NCBI GenBank assembly: GCA_044344255.1
Contig: JBIJDH010000018.1
Coordinates: 64,001-128,000, forward strand
Direction: 5' to 3'
Origin: Myxococcota bacterium
GTDB taxonomy: Bacteria > Myxococcota_A > UBA796 > UBA2385
DNA length: 64,000 nucleotides
Positions within the stretch are counted from its first letter, which is position 1; every line of letters begins with the position of its first letter. Below the pieces are notes generated by a model, which did not search any database, was not told where the DNA came from, and was given only the letters and a program-made list of their open reading frames with translations. The translations under genes and the position numbers were made by a program. Of this stretch, positions 14,291 to 23,829 are shown piece after piece.

Positions 14291-14333
14291 CGCCCTCGGG
14301 GACCCTTCCCGCCCTCGGGGACCTTTCCCCGAG
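14291..14333. repeat. 19-bp tandem repeat ending in a hairpin (possible terminator or operator)
   Basis: cgccctcggggacccttcc (14291-14309) followed by cgccctcggggacctttcc (14310-14328); ctcgggga-cctt-tccccgag forms an 8-bp stem just downstream of the LTD gene stop. Confidence 0.6.
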
Positions 14334-14348
14334 CCGCTCAGGGGGCGC

Positions 14349-17300
14349 TCAGGGCCGCCGTCGCCGCCGCAGCGCCGCGAGCCCGAGCGCGAGCCAGCCG
14401 AGCGAGAGCGGGCCGGAGCTCACCGAGCAGCTCTTGGAGGTGCCGGCCTCGTCGTCGTCGGACTTCCCGCAGCCCTTCCCCCCGGGGCCGCCGCCGTCGC
14501 CGCCGTCGCCACCGCCGCTGCCGCCCTCGGCGTTGGCCGAGCCCGGCGTGGGGCCCATGCTGACCAGGTCGACCGCGTTGTCGTTCGAGTCCTCGCCGTC
14601 GGGGTACCGCCCGAAGGTGAAGCCCTCCTCGGGGAGGGGGCCGAAGGTCGAGCCGCCCGCGTCGTCCAGGAGCTCGGTGTCCTCGACGGGATCGCCCGTC
14701 TGGCCCCACAGCACCGTGTCTTGCACGGCGGGCTCGGCCTGACAGTCGAGGAGGCGGGCGCCGTCGGGGGCCGAGGAGGCGTTGCCGATCGGCGAGGCGG
14801 TCGACCACTGGTACTCGGTCTCGACGAAGGAGCCGCCCACGAGCACGAACTCGCCCGGGCCGATGTTGACGTTGCTCGGGAAGGTGTAGGTGTCCCCCCA
14901 GGAGGAGGAGGCGGTCTCGAGGATCCAGCCGTCGAGGGCCACGCTCTCGGAGCCGGTGTTGAAGAGCTCGATGAACTCCTGGTCGGAGTCGGTGCCCTCG
15001 GGGTTCGGATAGACCTCGTTGATCTTGACGACGCCGGTGCCGGGCACGCAGGGGCGACAGGTCGGGTTGTCTTCGCCGGGGCTCGGGGCGTCGAAGTTCG
15101 AGAAGTCGTCGCCGGACTGGTCGGTGTCGAGCCCGTCCGTGCAGCGGCCGATGGAGACGCCCACCTCGGGGTCGGGGGCGAGAGAGGTGGTCACCTCGCC
15201 GGAGTCGTCCTCCCAGTCGCCGTCGTTCGTGCCACCGTAGATGACGGTGTCGGCGGCGAGGCCGTTACAGTCGGTGAGCAGGAGGCCGTCGGCCGAGGAG
15301 GGGCCGGCGTTGCCCATGTCGAGGGCGTCCGACACGCCGCCGGTGTCGCCGTCGGGCTCGACGACGACGTAGTCGGCCTCGGGCACGAGGGTGCCGCCGA
15401 TGACCACGAAGGCCCCGGCCGACAGCGTGGCCCCCTCTGGGAAGGTGTAGCTGTTCGTGGCCGACTCGAAGTTGGAGGTGCCCCACCAGACCGTCCAGCC
15501 AGAGAGGCTGACGCTGGCGCCGCTCGTGTTCATGAGCTCGATCCACTCGGCGCCGGTGTCGCCGCCCTCGCTGTTGGGATCGGGCATGAATTCGTTGATC
15601 TTGATGGCGTCGTGGCCGTCACAGGCCGGGATGTCGTTGGTGAGGCCCGGGGTGGGGTTTGGGAAGGTGCGGAAGTCGATCGCGCTGTCGTTCGTGTCGA
15701 CGCCGTCGCTGTTTCGGCCCACCGACTGGCCGCTGTTGGAGCTCGCCTTCGGGGCGAGCTGCTCGTCGGGGCAGATGGCGTCGTCGTCGTCGGCGAAGTT
15801 GTCCTCATCGACGTTCTTCGTGCCATAGAGGACGGTGTCGACCGGATCGGCGTTGCAGTCGACGAGGCGGAGCGCGTCGGCGTTGCTGCTCGCGTTCGTG
15901 AGCGCGAGGCTCTCGGCGATGAGGTCGGCCTCGGCGACGAACTCCTCGCCGATGACGAGGTAGTCGCCGGCGGAGAGGGTGACCGCCCCGAAGGCGTAGG
16001 TGCTGGCGTCGGAGAGGTCGGTGCCGTCCCACTGGAGCTGCCAGTCGGCGAGGTCTACGTCGGCGCCGCCGCTGTTGTAGAGCTCGACCCAGTGGAAGCC
16101 GGTCTCGGACTCCTCGGCGGGGTCAGCGAAGAATTCGTTGACGGTGATGAACTCCTGGCCGTCACATTCCCGCGGCGGCACGGTGTTGGTAGCGCCGGGG
16201 GTGGGCGAAGAGAGGGCGCTCCAGTCGGCGGAGGAGTCGTCGGTGTCGACGCCGTCCTCGGTGCGGCCGAGCGACCGGTCGTCGGAGGGCTTGGGGGCGG
16301 CGTCCTCGGGGATGGTGCCGTCGTCTTCGGGCCAGAGGTCGGTGTTGGAGTTGCCGTAGATGACGGTGTCGACCACCGCGCCGGTGCAGTCGAGGAGCTG
16401 GAGGCCGTCGCCGCCCGAGGTGCCGTTCGTGAGGTCGATGTCGACCACGTAGTCGGCGTCGGTGACCATATCGCCGCCGAGCACCACCCACTGCCCGGGG
16501 AGGAGCTCGTGGTTGGGAAAGGGGTCCGAGGCGTGAAGCGTGGTGCTGTCGGGGGTGGTCTTCGTGACCACCGACCAGCCCTCGATGTTCACCGGGCTGC
16601 TGCCGGGGTTGTAGAGCTCCACCCACTCGTAGCTGCCCTCGGGGTCCGAGGCGGAGGCGGCGATGAACTCATTGACGACGAGCTCGCCGGACTCACAGGT
16701 GCCCGACGTGCCGGTGTCGCCCCCCGACGAGCCGGTGGGGTTGCTCGTGCCTGGGGTGCCGGCGTCGCCGTCGATGAAGTCGACCGAGGCGTCGTCGGTG
16801 TCCAGGCAGTCAGCGCTGCGGGCGAGGGTGTGGCCCTCGGCGAGGTCGGAGGCGAAGCTCGTGCCGGCGACGCCGAGGTCATCGAAGAGCCCATTGGTGT
16901 TCGGCGAGTCGTAGAGCAGGGTGTCGAGGACGTCGCCAGAGGGGGCGACGATGCGCAGGCCGTCGGTGTCGCTGCCGCCGTTGGGCAGGTTCGGCGTGAA
17001 GGTGACGGCGAGGGAGCTCGACCCCGCTCCCACCAGGAGGAGGCCGCCCGCCGGCACCGTGCCGCTGGTGAAGGTGTAGCTGGGGCTCCAGGAGGAGCCA
17101 GCGCTCTCGAGGGTGAAGCCCGTGAGATCCTGATCGGTGGAGCCCGGGTTGCAGAGCTCGATCCACTCCATCCCGCCGTCGGCGCCGGTGGGGTCGTAGA
17201 GCACCTCGTTGATCTTGATCTCCTCGGTGGTGGCCGGCGTGCCCGTGTCGACGGGGGTGCCCGTGTCGACCGGGGCCTCGGGGTTAGCTGCGCCCGGCGT

Positions 17301-17807
17301 GCCCACGGCGCCGTCGAGGAAGTCGAGGGCCGAGTCGTTCGTGTCGCTGCAGTTCACCGCGCGGGCGAGGCTCGCGCCCTCCGAGGTGTCGGCGGCGAAG
17401 CTCGTGCCGGTGATGCCGAGGTCATCGAGGAGGCTGTTCGTGTTCGGCGTGTCGAAGAGCAGGGTGTCGACCACCGCGCCGGTGCTGTCCATCAGGCGGA
17501 GGCCGTCGGTGTCCGAGCCGCCGTTCTGGAGGTTGGGCGAGAAGGTGATCGCGTGGGTGGCCGACCCCCCGCCGACGAGCAGGTAGCCCCCCGCGGGCAC
17601 GGTGCCTGCGGTGAAGGTGTAGGCGCTGCTCCAGCTCGTCCCGGCGGTCTGTATCTTCCAGCCGGTGACGTCCTGGTCGACCGCCCCGGCGTTGCAGAGC
17701 TCCACCCACTCGGCCCCGGCGTCCGTGCCCGTGGGATCGTACATCACCTCGTTGATCAGGATGTCCGAGGCGTAGACCGCGAGCAACGAGGGCAGGAGCA
17801 GGATCAT
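14349..17807 (-). CDS. Cell-surface protein with six lamin-tail (LTD)-like domains and C-terminal MYXO-CTERM-like signal
   Basis: Six units starting (I/V)NE..(D/N)P, each with EW(I/V)EL.N, DG(L/A)RL, DT(V/L).(Y/W)G and a TPG..N-type end; acidic; ends SCSVSSGPLSLGWLALGLAALRRRRRP. Confidence 0.88.
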   Translation of the reverse strand: MILLLPSLLAVYASDILINEVMYDPTGTDAGAEWVELCNAGAVDQDVTGWKIQTAGTSWSSAYTFTAGTVPAGGYLLVGGGSATHAITFSPNLQNGGSDTDGLRLMDSTGAVVDTLLFDTPNTNSLLDDLGITGTSFAADTSEGASLARAVNCSDTNDSALDFLDGAVGTPGAANPEAPVDTGTPVDTGTPATTEEIKINEVLYDPTGADGGMEWIELCNPGSTDQDLTGFTLESAGSSWSPSYTFTSGTVPAGGLLLVGAGSSSLAVTFTPNLPNGGSDTDGLRIVAPSGDVLDTLLYDSPNTNGLFDDLGVAGTSFASDLAEGHTLARSADCLDTDDASVDFIDGDAGTPGTSNPTGSSGGDTGTSGTCESGELVVNEFIAASASDPEGSYEWVELYNPGSSPVNIEGWSVVTKTTPDSTTLHASDPFPNHELLPGQWVVLGGDMVTDADYVVDIDLTNGTSGGDGLQLLDCTGAVVDTVIYGNSNTDLWPEDDGTIPEDAAPKPSDDRSLGRTEDGVDTDDSSADWSALSSPTPGATNTVPPRECDGQEFITVNEFFADPAEESETGFHWVELYNSGGADVDLADWQLQWDGTDLSDASTYAFGAVTLSAGDYLVIGEEFVAEADLIAESLALTNASSNADALRLVDCNADPVDTVLYGTKNVDEDNFADDDDAICPDEQLAPKASSNSGQSVGRNSDGVDTNDSAIDFRTFPNPTPGLTNDIPACDGHDAIKINEFMPDPNSEGGDTGAEWIELMNTSGASVSLSGWTVWWGTSNFESATNSYTFPEGATLSAGAFVVIGGTLVPEADYVVVEPDGDTGGVSDALDMGNAGPSSADGLLLTDCNGLAADTVIYGGTNDGDWEDDSGEVTTSLAPDPEVGVSIGRCTDGLDTDQSGDDFSNFDAPSPGEDNPTCRPCVPGTGVVKINEVYPNPEGTDSDQEFIELFNTGSESVALDGWILETASSSWGDTYTFPSNVNIGPGEFVLVGGSFVETEYQWSTASPIGNASSAPDGARLLDCQAEPAVQDTVLWGQTGDPVEDTELLDDAGGSTFGPLPEEGFTFGRYPDGEDSNDNAVDLVSMGPTPGSANAEGGSGGGDGGDGGGPGGKGCGKSDDDEAGTSKSCSVSSGPLSLGWLALGLAALRRRRRP

Positions 17808-17916
17808 GGGCTCTCCATCCGAGGCGCGCGGAGTCTACCCCGGCGGGAGCTCACCCGGGTGACAGGCCGGTGGCGCGGCGTGCCCCAGGCACCGGCCTGG
17901 GCTATCGGCGCGCCCG

Positions 17917-18804
17917 ATGCCCGCCCCGCGCCCGCCGCCCCGCGCCCTCTTCACGCTGCTCGTGGTGCAGCTCCTCTTCGGGACGCTCGGCCCGGTGGGC
18001 AAGGTCGCGATGCCGGTCTTCGGCGCCTCGGGCATCGCGCTCGCGCGGATCGCGGGCGGTGCCCTCGTCTTCGGGGCGCTGCGGGCGCTCTTCTCGCTCC
18101 CGCGGGTGCCGCGCGAGCACCAGCTCCGCCTCGCCCTCTGCGCGGTGGTGGGCATCGCCGGCAACCAGCTCCTCTTCCTGGCGGGCCTCTCCCGCACGAG
18201 CTCCATCCACGCCACCCTCATCGTCACCACCACGCCGGTCTTCACGATGCTGCTGGCGGCGCTCATCGACGGCGAGCGGCCCACTCCGCGCACCATCGGC
18301 GGGGTGACGCTCTCCCTGTCGGGGGTGGCCCTCCTCCTGAGCCCGGGGCTGGGAGCGGGCTCGCTGGTGGGTGACCTGCTGGTCCTCGCCAACACCGCCC
18401 TCTACTCGCTCTACCTCGTCTGCAGCCGGCCCTTGTTGAAGGCCCTGCCGCCGCTCTCGGTGGCGGCGGGGCTCTTTGCCTGGGGTGTGCCCTGGGTGTT
18501 GTTGGCCTCGGCGCTTACGGGCGCGGCGCCCTCCCTCGGGGGCCTCGCCGGCTTCGCCGTGCCGCCGGCCGCCGGCTGGGCCCTCGCCTGGATCGTGCTC
18601 GGCCCCACGGTGGGCACCTACTTGCTCAACCTCGTCGCCCTGCGCAGCGTGCCCGCGACCTTGGTCGGCCTGTTCATCGCGCTCCAGCCTTTCGTGGCCG
18701 CGGCCATCGCCATCCCCCTGCTCGGCGAGGAGCCGGGCCTGCGAGAGGTCGCCGCCGCCTGCCTCTCGGTGGCCGGCATCGCGCTCGCGAGCCTCCGGCG
18801 CTGA
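17917..18804 (+). CDS. DMT/EamA family transporter
   Basis: About 10 TM segments in two repeats; GDLLVL, LQPFVAA, LLGE motifs. Confidence 0.9.
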   Translation: MPAPRPPPRALFTLLVVQLLFGTLGPVGKVAMPVFGASGIALARIAGGALVFGALRALFSLPRVPREHQLRLALCAVVGIAGNQLLFLAGLSRTSSIHATLIVTTTPVFTMLLAALIDGERPTPRTIGGVTLSLSGVALLLSPGLGAGSLVGDLLVLANTALYSLYLVCSRPLLKALPPLSVAAGLFAWGVPWVLLASALTGAAPSLGGLAGFAVPPAAGWALAWIVLGPTVGTYLLNLVALRSVPATLVGLFIALQPFVAAAIAIPLLGEEPGLREVAAACLSVAGIALASLRR

Positions 18805-19496
18805 TGGCCGACCTCGCGCGCGTGCTCGATCGGGTGCGGAAGCTCCTCGCCCTCGCCACGTCGAGCAACGTCTTCGAGGCCGCGGAGGCCGCCGCCCAGG
18901 CCCAGGCCCTGATCGACCGGCACCGCCTGGAGTCCTTGCTGCAGGAGCAGGTCGAGGCGCCGATCACCGACGGGGCCGAGTCCCCCCTCGAGCGGGCGCG
19001 GCGGCCGCGGGTCTGGCGCTCGGTGCTCGCCGCCGGCCTCGCCGAGGCCAACGGCTGCCTCGCCTGGTCGACCGTGCGAGGGGGAGAGACCGAGCTCTGC
19101 ATCCTCGGCCGGGAGGGCGATCGTGCAGTCGTGGTGGCCCTCTTCGAGTGGCTGGCCCCTCGGATCGAGTGGCTCTCGGCCACCCACGCACCAGGGCGGG
19201 ACCGCGCCTACCACGACGCCTTCCGTGTCGGTGCGGCGGGCGCCGTCGTGGAGCGGCTCCGGAGCCCACCCGACTCCCCGGAGGTGAGCCCCGAGGACGC
19301 GGCGCTGGTGCGGGTCAATGAGGCGCTGGCCGCCCGTCGGGCCGCCGTGGAGGCCTTCGCCGAGGCGCGGCTTGGCCCGGCGCGGGGCCGCGGGCTCCGC
19401 CTCGACGCCCGCGCCTACGCCCGGGGGCGGGCCCGCGCCGCGGAGCTGAGCCTGCCCTCGCGGGAAGGCGGGCTCCAGCGGCGCGGCGGTCGCTGA
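18804..19496 (+). CDS. DUF2786 domain-containing protein
   Basis: N-terminal LDRVRKLLALATSSNVFEAAEAAAQAQALIDRH; TGATG-coupled to the EamA gene. Confidence 0.8.
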   Translation: MADLARVLDRVRKLLALATSSNVFEAAEAAAQAQALIDRHRLESLLQEQVEAPITDGAESPLERARRPRVWRSVLAAGLAEANGCLAWSTVRGGETELCILGREGDRAVVVALFEWLAPRIEWLSATHAPGRDRAYHDAFRVGAAGAVVERLRSPPDSPEVSPEDAALVRVNEALAARRAAVEAFAEARLGPARGRGLRLDARAYARGRARAAELSLPSREGGLQRRGGR

Positions 19497-19529
19497 CGCC
19501 CCCGCGCTCGGGGCGGGAGCGGGCGCCGC

Positions 19530-19670
19530 CTACTTGCCCTTGCCCTTGTTTCCGGGCACGGCGGGAGTGGGCGCCGCCTGCTTCTTGTCGTGCGCGGCCT
19601 GGTTGGCGCTGCGCTGGACCTCGCCCTGTTTCTTGGTCTTCGCCTGGGACTTGGGGTTCTTGTCGCCCAT
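19530..19670 (-). CDS. Small basic hypothetical protein, 46 aa (not in ORF track)
   Basis: MGDKNPKSQAKTKKQGEVQRSANQAAHDKKQAAPTPAVPGNKGKGK*; GC3-rich codons, AAGGTGG SD-like element upstream; fills an intergenic gap. Confidence 0.7.
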   Translation of the reverse strand: MGDKNPKSQAKTKKQGEVQRSANQAAHDKKQAAPTPAVPGNKGKGK

Positions 19671-19837
19671 GGGGAGCCACCTTCTGTGTCGCGTTTGGAC
19701 TGGGGGGCCGGGAGGCTGCGAAGGTCCGCCGGGCAGGGGAGCGGCTCGAAGCTCGACCCTCCCCGGAGGTGGGTAAGCACGGTCGCCGGGCAGACCAGCC
19801 CGGCCGCGTTAGTCGGCGCCTCCCTCCCAGGCCCGCC

Positions 19838-20671
19838 ATGCCGATCCACTGGTTCCCCGGCCACATGGCCACCGCTCGTCGGGAGATCCGAAAGGCGATG
19901 CCCGAGGTCTCCCTCGTCATCGAGGTGGTAGACGCGCGCATCCCCTTCAGCAGCGAGAACCCGCTGGTGGCGGAGCTCCGAGGCGATAAGCCCCGCATCC
20001 AGATCTTGAACAAGGCCGATCTCGCAGACCCCGCGGTCACCGCCCTGTGGCTGGCCGCGACCGCCGCGAGCCCCCGCTCGGCGGCGATCACCCACTCGCT
20101 CGGCCAGAGCGGGATCCTCGGGCCGGTGATGAGCCTCGCCCGCAGTATGGTCCCCCTCGATCCCACCGGCCCGATGGTGGCGATGATCGTGGGCATCCCG
20201 AACGTGGGCAAGTCCACCCTCATCAACACGCTCGCCGGGCGCATCATCGCCAAGACCGGCAACAAGCCGGCGGTCACCCAGATGCAGCAGCGGGTGAGGG
20301 TGAGCCCCGCGCTCGTGCTGCTCGATACGCCGGGCTTCCTCTGGCACAAGCTCAGCCCGGAGGCCTGCGGCTACCGCCTCGCGGTGACGGGCGCCATCTC
20401 GGACCGCGTGGTGGACTACCGCGACATCGCGGGCTTTGCAGCGCGCTTCTTGCGGGAGCGTTACCCCGATGCCCTCGCCACGGCCTACGGGATCACCGAG
20501 CCCCCGCTCGAAGACGAGGCCCTGCTCGAGGCGATCGGCCGCCGCCGCGGCTTCCTCGTGAAGGGGGGCGGCGTCGACCTCCAGCGCGCCGCCGAGCGGC
20601 TCATCCAGGACCTCCGCGCAGGGGTCCTCGGGCGCATCAGCCTCGAGACGCCGGCCGACGCTTCGGGATGA
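19838..20671 (+). CDS. rbgA: Ribosome biogenesis GTPase RbgA/YlqF
   Basis: IHWFPGHM, DARIPFSSENP, NKAD, GIPNVGKSTLIN, DTPG (circularly permuted GTPase order). Confidence 0.95.
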   Translation: MPIHWFPGHMATARREIRKAMPEVSLVIEVVDARIPFSSENPLVAELRGDKPRIQILNKADLADPAVTALWLAATAASPRSAAITHSLGQSGILGPVMSLARSMVPLDPTGPMVAMIVGIPNVGKSTLINTLAGRIIAKTGNKPAVTQMQQRVRVSPALVLLDTPGFLWHKLSPEACGYRLAVTGAISDRVVDYRDIAGFAARFLRERYPDALATAYGITEPPLEDEALLEAIGRRRGFLVKGGGVDLQRAAERLIQDLRAGVLGRISLETPADASG

Positions 20672-21620
20672 GGGCCCAGAGCCGCTTCGGGATGCCGGTG
20701 GCCAGGGCCCCGACGACGAGGAGCCCCGCGACCGCCCCCACGGCGAGCTCGATGACCATACCGACGACCCCGCTCAGAGGGGAGGGGATGGAGGCGAGCA
20801 GGTGCTCGACCGCCACGGCGAGGGGGTGGATGCCGTGGAGGAGGATCTGCCCGCCGACGAGCAGCATCGCCACGGTGCCGATGATCGAGATCGCGTGCAG
20901 CAGCTTGGGGGCGCCCTTGAGCATCAGGTTGCCGAGGCCCACCATTGAGCCACCGCGCCGTACGAGCAGCTCCCCGGCGTCGTCGAGCTTGATCAGCACG
21001 GCCACGAGCCCGTAGACGCCCACCGTCATCACGATCGAGACGACGTAGAGGGTGGCGGCCTGCGTGACGAAGGGAGCGGCGGCGACCTGACCGAGGCTGA
21101 TCGCGATGATCTCGGCGGAGAGGATGAGGTCTGTGCGGATGGCCCCGTCGATTCGGCTCTGCTCGAAGGCCTCGGGGGTCAGGGGCTCGGCTTCGGCCCC
21201 GCCTCCGTCGGCCTCCTCCGCCTTGTGCGGCATCAGCTTGTGGAGCACCTTCTCGACGCCCTCGTAGGCGAGGAAGGTGCCGCCGGCCATCAGGAGCGGG
21301 GTGATGGCCCAGGGCGCCACGGCGTTGAGGGCGAGGGCGCCCGGCACGAGGATCAGGCCCTTGTTCTTGAAGGAGCCCTTGGCCACCGAGAGCACCACCG
21401 GGATCTCCCGCTCGCGCCGGATGCCGATCGCCTGCTCGGCGGTGACGGCCATGTCGTCGGTGACGATGCCGCTCGTCTTCTTGGTGGCCGCCGCCGTGAG
21501 GTTTCCCACGTCCTTCGCCATGGCGCTGCCCTTGCGGGCGCTGACCGCGGCCATGGTGGCGACGTCGTCGGCGATGGTGGCGATGTCGTCGAGGAGGGCG
21601 ATGAGGCCGGAGGCGGGCAT
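20637..21620 (-). CDS. DUF808 family inner membrane protein (YedI-like)
   Basis: GLIALLDDIA, REIPVVLSVAKGSFKNK, GAIRTDLILSAEI, VLIKLDDAG. Confidence 0.9.
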   Translation of the reverse strand: MPASGLIALLDDIATIADDVATMAAVSARKGSAMAKDVGNLTAAATKKTSGIVTDDMAVTAEQAIGIRREREIPVVLSVAKGSFKNKGLILVPGALALNAVAPWAITPLLMAGGTFLAYEGVEKVLHKLMPHKAEEADGGGAEAEPLTPEAFEQSRIDGAIRTDLILSAEIIAISLGQVAAAPFVTQAATLYVVSIVMTVGVYGLVAVLIKLDDAGELLVRRGGSMVGLGNLMLKGAPKLLHAISIIGTVAMLLVGGQILLHGIHPLAVAVEHLLASIPSPLSGVVGMVIELAVGAVAGLLVVGALATGIPKRLWALIPKRRPASRG

Positions 21621-21745
21621 AGGCGAAGATCCGAGTGGAGTGGCGCTGACCTACCGTCGGAGGCAAGGGGAGACAAGTGCGACCTTTTTTGTGCTGTGCC
21701 CCCGGGGACCCTGGCGTCGCCTCTGTCGAGGGGTAGCCTGTCCAG

Positions 21746-23803
21746 ATGCGCGCTCCGCTCTCCCTCGTCGCCGCCTCCGCCCTGCTCTCTCTCCTGTTTG
21801 TCTCCCTGCTGTACGCGGCTCCGGCCCGCGCCTACAGCGCGGGACAGACGGGCAAGTCCACCACGGGGTGCGCCAATTGCCATGGCACGACGGCGAACGC
21901 CGCGGTGAGCGCCACCTTTGGGGCCACGACCACCACGCTCGCGCCCGGCGAGCTCGTGGCCTTCACCTTCACGGTGGGCAGCAGCAGCTCCAGCCACTCG
22001 GTGGGCGGCTTCAACGTGTCGGCCACCAGCGGCACCCTCGGCGCCGCGACGGGCACGCGCGTGGCCTCCACAGAGGTCACCCACTCGAATGACAAACACT
22101 TCTCGGGGGGCTCTGCCACCTTCGACTTCACCTGGACCGCCCCTTCGGCGGAGGGGGTCTACCAGCTCCGCGGGGCCGGCCTCGCCGGGAACCACGACAA
22201 CGCCAGCACCGGAGACGGTTGGGCGTTGGCCACGAGCCTCAACGTCACGGTCGACGACGGCTGCGACGACCTCGACCTCGACGGCTACGAGGCCTGCCTC
22301 GACGGCTCCGGAGAGGACTGTGATGACGACGACGACACCTTGAACCCGGGAGAGGTCGAGCGCTGCGACGGCCTCGACAATGACTGTGACGGCGCCATCG
22401 ACGGCCCCGACGCCGTCGGCGCCATCGCCTGGTACGCCGACCTCGACCTCGACGGGTACGGAGATCCCGGCAGCACCCTCGTCGATTGTGACGCGCCTGT
22501 GGGCTACCTCGCCGATGGCTCCGACTGCGACGACAGTCGTGCCAGCGTGAGCCCGGAGGGCGCCGAGCAGTGTGACAGCCTCGGCCTCGATGAGGACTGC
22601 GACGGCCTCGAGGGCGACCTCGACCCCGACGCCAGCGGCAAGGCCACCTTCTACGAAGACAGTGACGGCGACGGCTACGGTGACGACACGCGCCCCGTCG
22701 AAGCGTGCGCGGTGTCGAGCGGCCTCTCCGCGATCGGCGGGGACTGTGACGACGCCGACGTCTCCTACAACCCGGCCGCGCTCGAGTCCTGCGCCGACCC
22801 CGCCGACTACAACTGTGACGGCTCGGTGGGCTACGCCGACGCCGACAGCGACGGCTACGCCGCCTGCGTCGAGTGTGATGACCAGGACGCCCTCGTCTCC
22901 CCCGAAGGCACCGAGCGCTGTAACGGCGCCGACGACGACTGCGACGGCGTGGTGGACGAGGCCGACGCCGCGGACGCCGCGGTCTGGTTCATCGACGAAG
23001 ACGGCGACGGCGCGGGCAGCCCCGCCGCCTGGGTCGTCGCCTGCGCGGCCCCGGAGGGCTACGCCGCCACCCCCGACGACTGTGACGACCAGGACGCGGG
23101 CGTGCGCCCCGACGCCCCGGAGAGCTGGTACGACGGGGTCGATCAGGACTGTGACGGGCGCGATGACGACCAGGACGGAGACGGCTTCCCGCTCGCCGTG
23201 GACTGTGACGACCTCGACCCCGCCGTGCACCCCGGCGCCCTCGACGCCCCCTACGATGACATCGACGCCGACTGCGACGGCGCCTCCGACCACGATGCGG
23301 ACGGCGACGGCCAGGACGCGGCGGCCTCGGGGGGCACCGACTGTGACGACGCCGATCCCCAGACCTACGCCGGCGCGCCGGACACGGCGTATGACGGGGT
23401 GGCCCACGACTGTGACGCCACCGACGAGTACGATGTGGACGGTGACGGTTACGACATCTCCGCCGACTGCGACGACCACGACCCAGGCGTCTACCCGGGC
23501 GCCGTCGAGCAGTGGTACGACGGGGTCGATCAGGACTGCGATCTCAACGACGACGACCAGGACGGCGACGGCCTCTCGGTGGTCGTGGACTGCGACGATG
23601 AAGACGCCGCCGCCCTCCTCGACTGCGGGGCCGACGGGGCGTCGCCCGACGGCAAGGGCTGCGCGAGCGCGCCGCTCGGCGGGCCCCTGGGTGGGTCGGC
23701 TGGGGGGTGGGGCGCGGTCGTCGGGGCCCTTGGAGCCTGGGCGCTGAGGCGTCGGCGAGCCGGTCGGGGCGCGGCGGCGGCAGGCGACGGTCGGCCCCGC
23801 TGA
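21746..23803 (+). CDS. Surface protein: N-terminal CXXCH plus Reeler-like domain, putative metal-binding (MopE-type) Cys/Asp repeats, C-terminal sorting signal
   Basis: Signal peptide, GCANCHG, GGFNV..GTL..EVTHS..FTWTAP; repeated DCDD....P...E.CDG.D.DCDG; ends KGCAS...WALRRRR. Confidence 0.8.
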   Translation: MRAPLSLVAASALLSLLFVSLLYAAPARAYSAGQTGKSTTGCANCHGTTANAAVSATFGATTTTLAPGELVAFTFTVGSSSSSHSVGGFNVSATSGTLGAATGTRVASTEVTHSNDKHFSGGSATFDFTWTAPSAEGVYQLRGAGLAGNHDNASTGDGWALATSLNVTVDDGCDDLDLDGYEACLDGSGEDCDDDDDTLNPGEVERCDGLDNDCDGAIDGPDAVGAIAWYADLDLDGYGDPGSTLVDCDAPVGYLADGSDCDDSRASVSPEGAEQCDSLGLDEDCDGLEGDLDPDASGKATFYEDSDGDGYGDDTRPVEACAVSSGLSAIGGDCDDADVSYNPAALESCADPADYNCDGSVGYADADSDGYAACVECDDQDALVSPEGTERCNGADDDCDGVVDEADAADAAVWFIDEDGDGAGSPAAWVVACAAPEGYAATPDDCDDQDAGVRPDAPESWYDGVDQDCDGRDDDQDGDGFPLAVDCDDLDPAVHPGALDAPYDDIDADCDGASDHDADGDGQDAAASGGTDCDDADPQTYAGAPDTAYDGVAHDCDATDEYDVDGDGYDISADCDDHDPGVYPGAVEQWYDGVDQDCDLNDDDQDGDGLSVVVDCDDEDAAALLDCGADGASPDGKGCASAPLGGPLGGSAGGWGAVVGALGAWALRRRRAGRGAAAAGDGRPR

Positions 23804-23829
23804 GCCCCGGCGCGCGATAGGGCGCGGCG

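Noticed and set aside
14721..18374. 1217-aa plus-strand ORF, and other long antisense ORFs (e.g. 43616-45712, 48027-50552, 49861-52470, 55764-58052, 61276-63966)
   Set aside because: Shadow frames of real genes, expected in very GC-rich DNA; no motifs and biased V/G/R/A composition.
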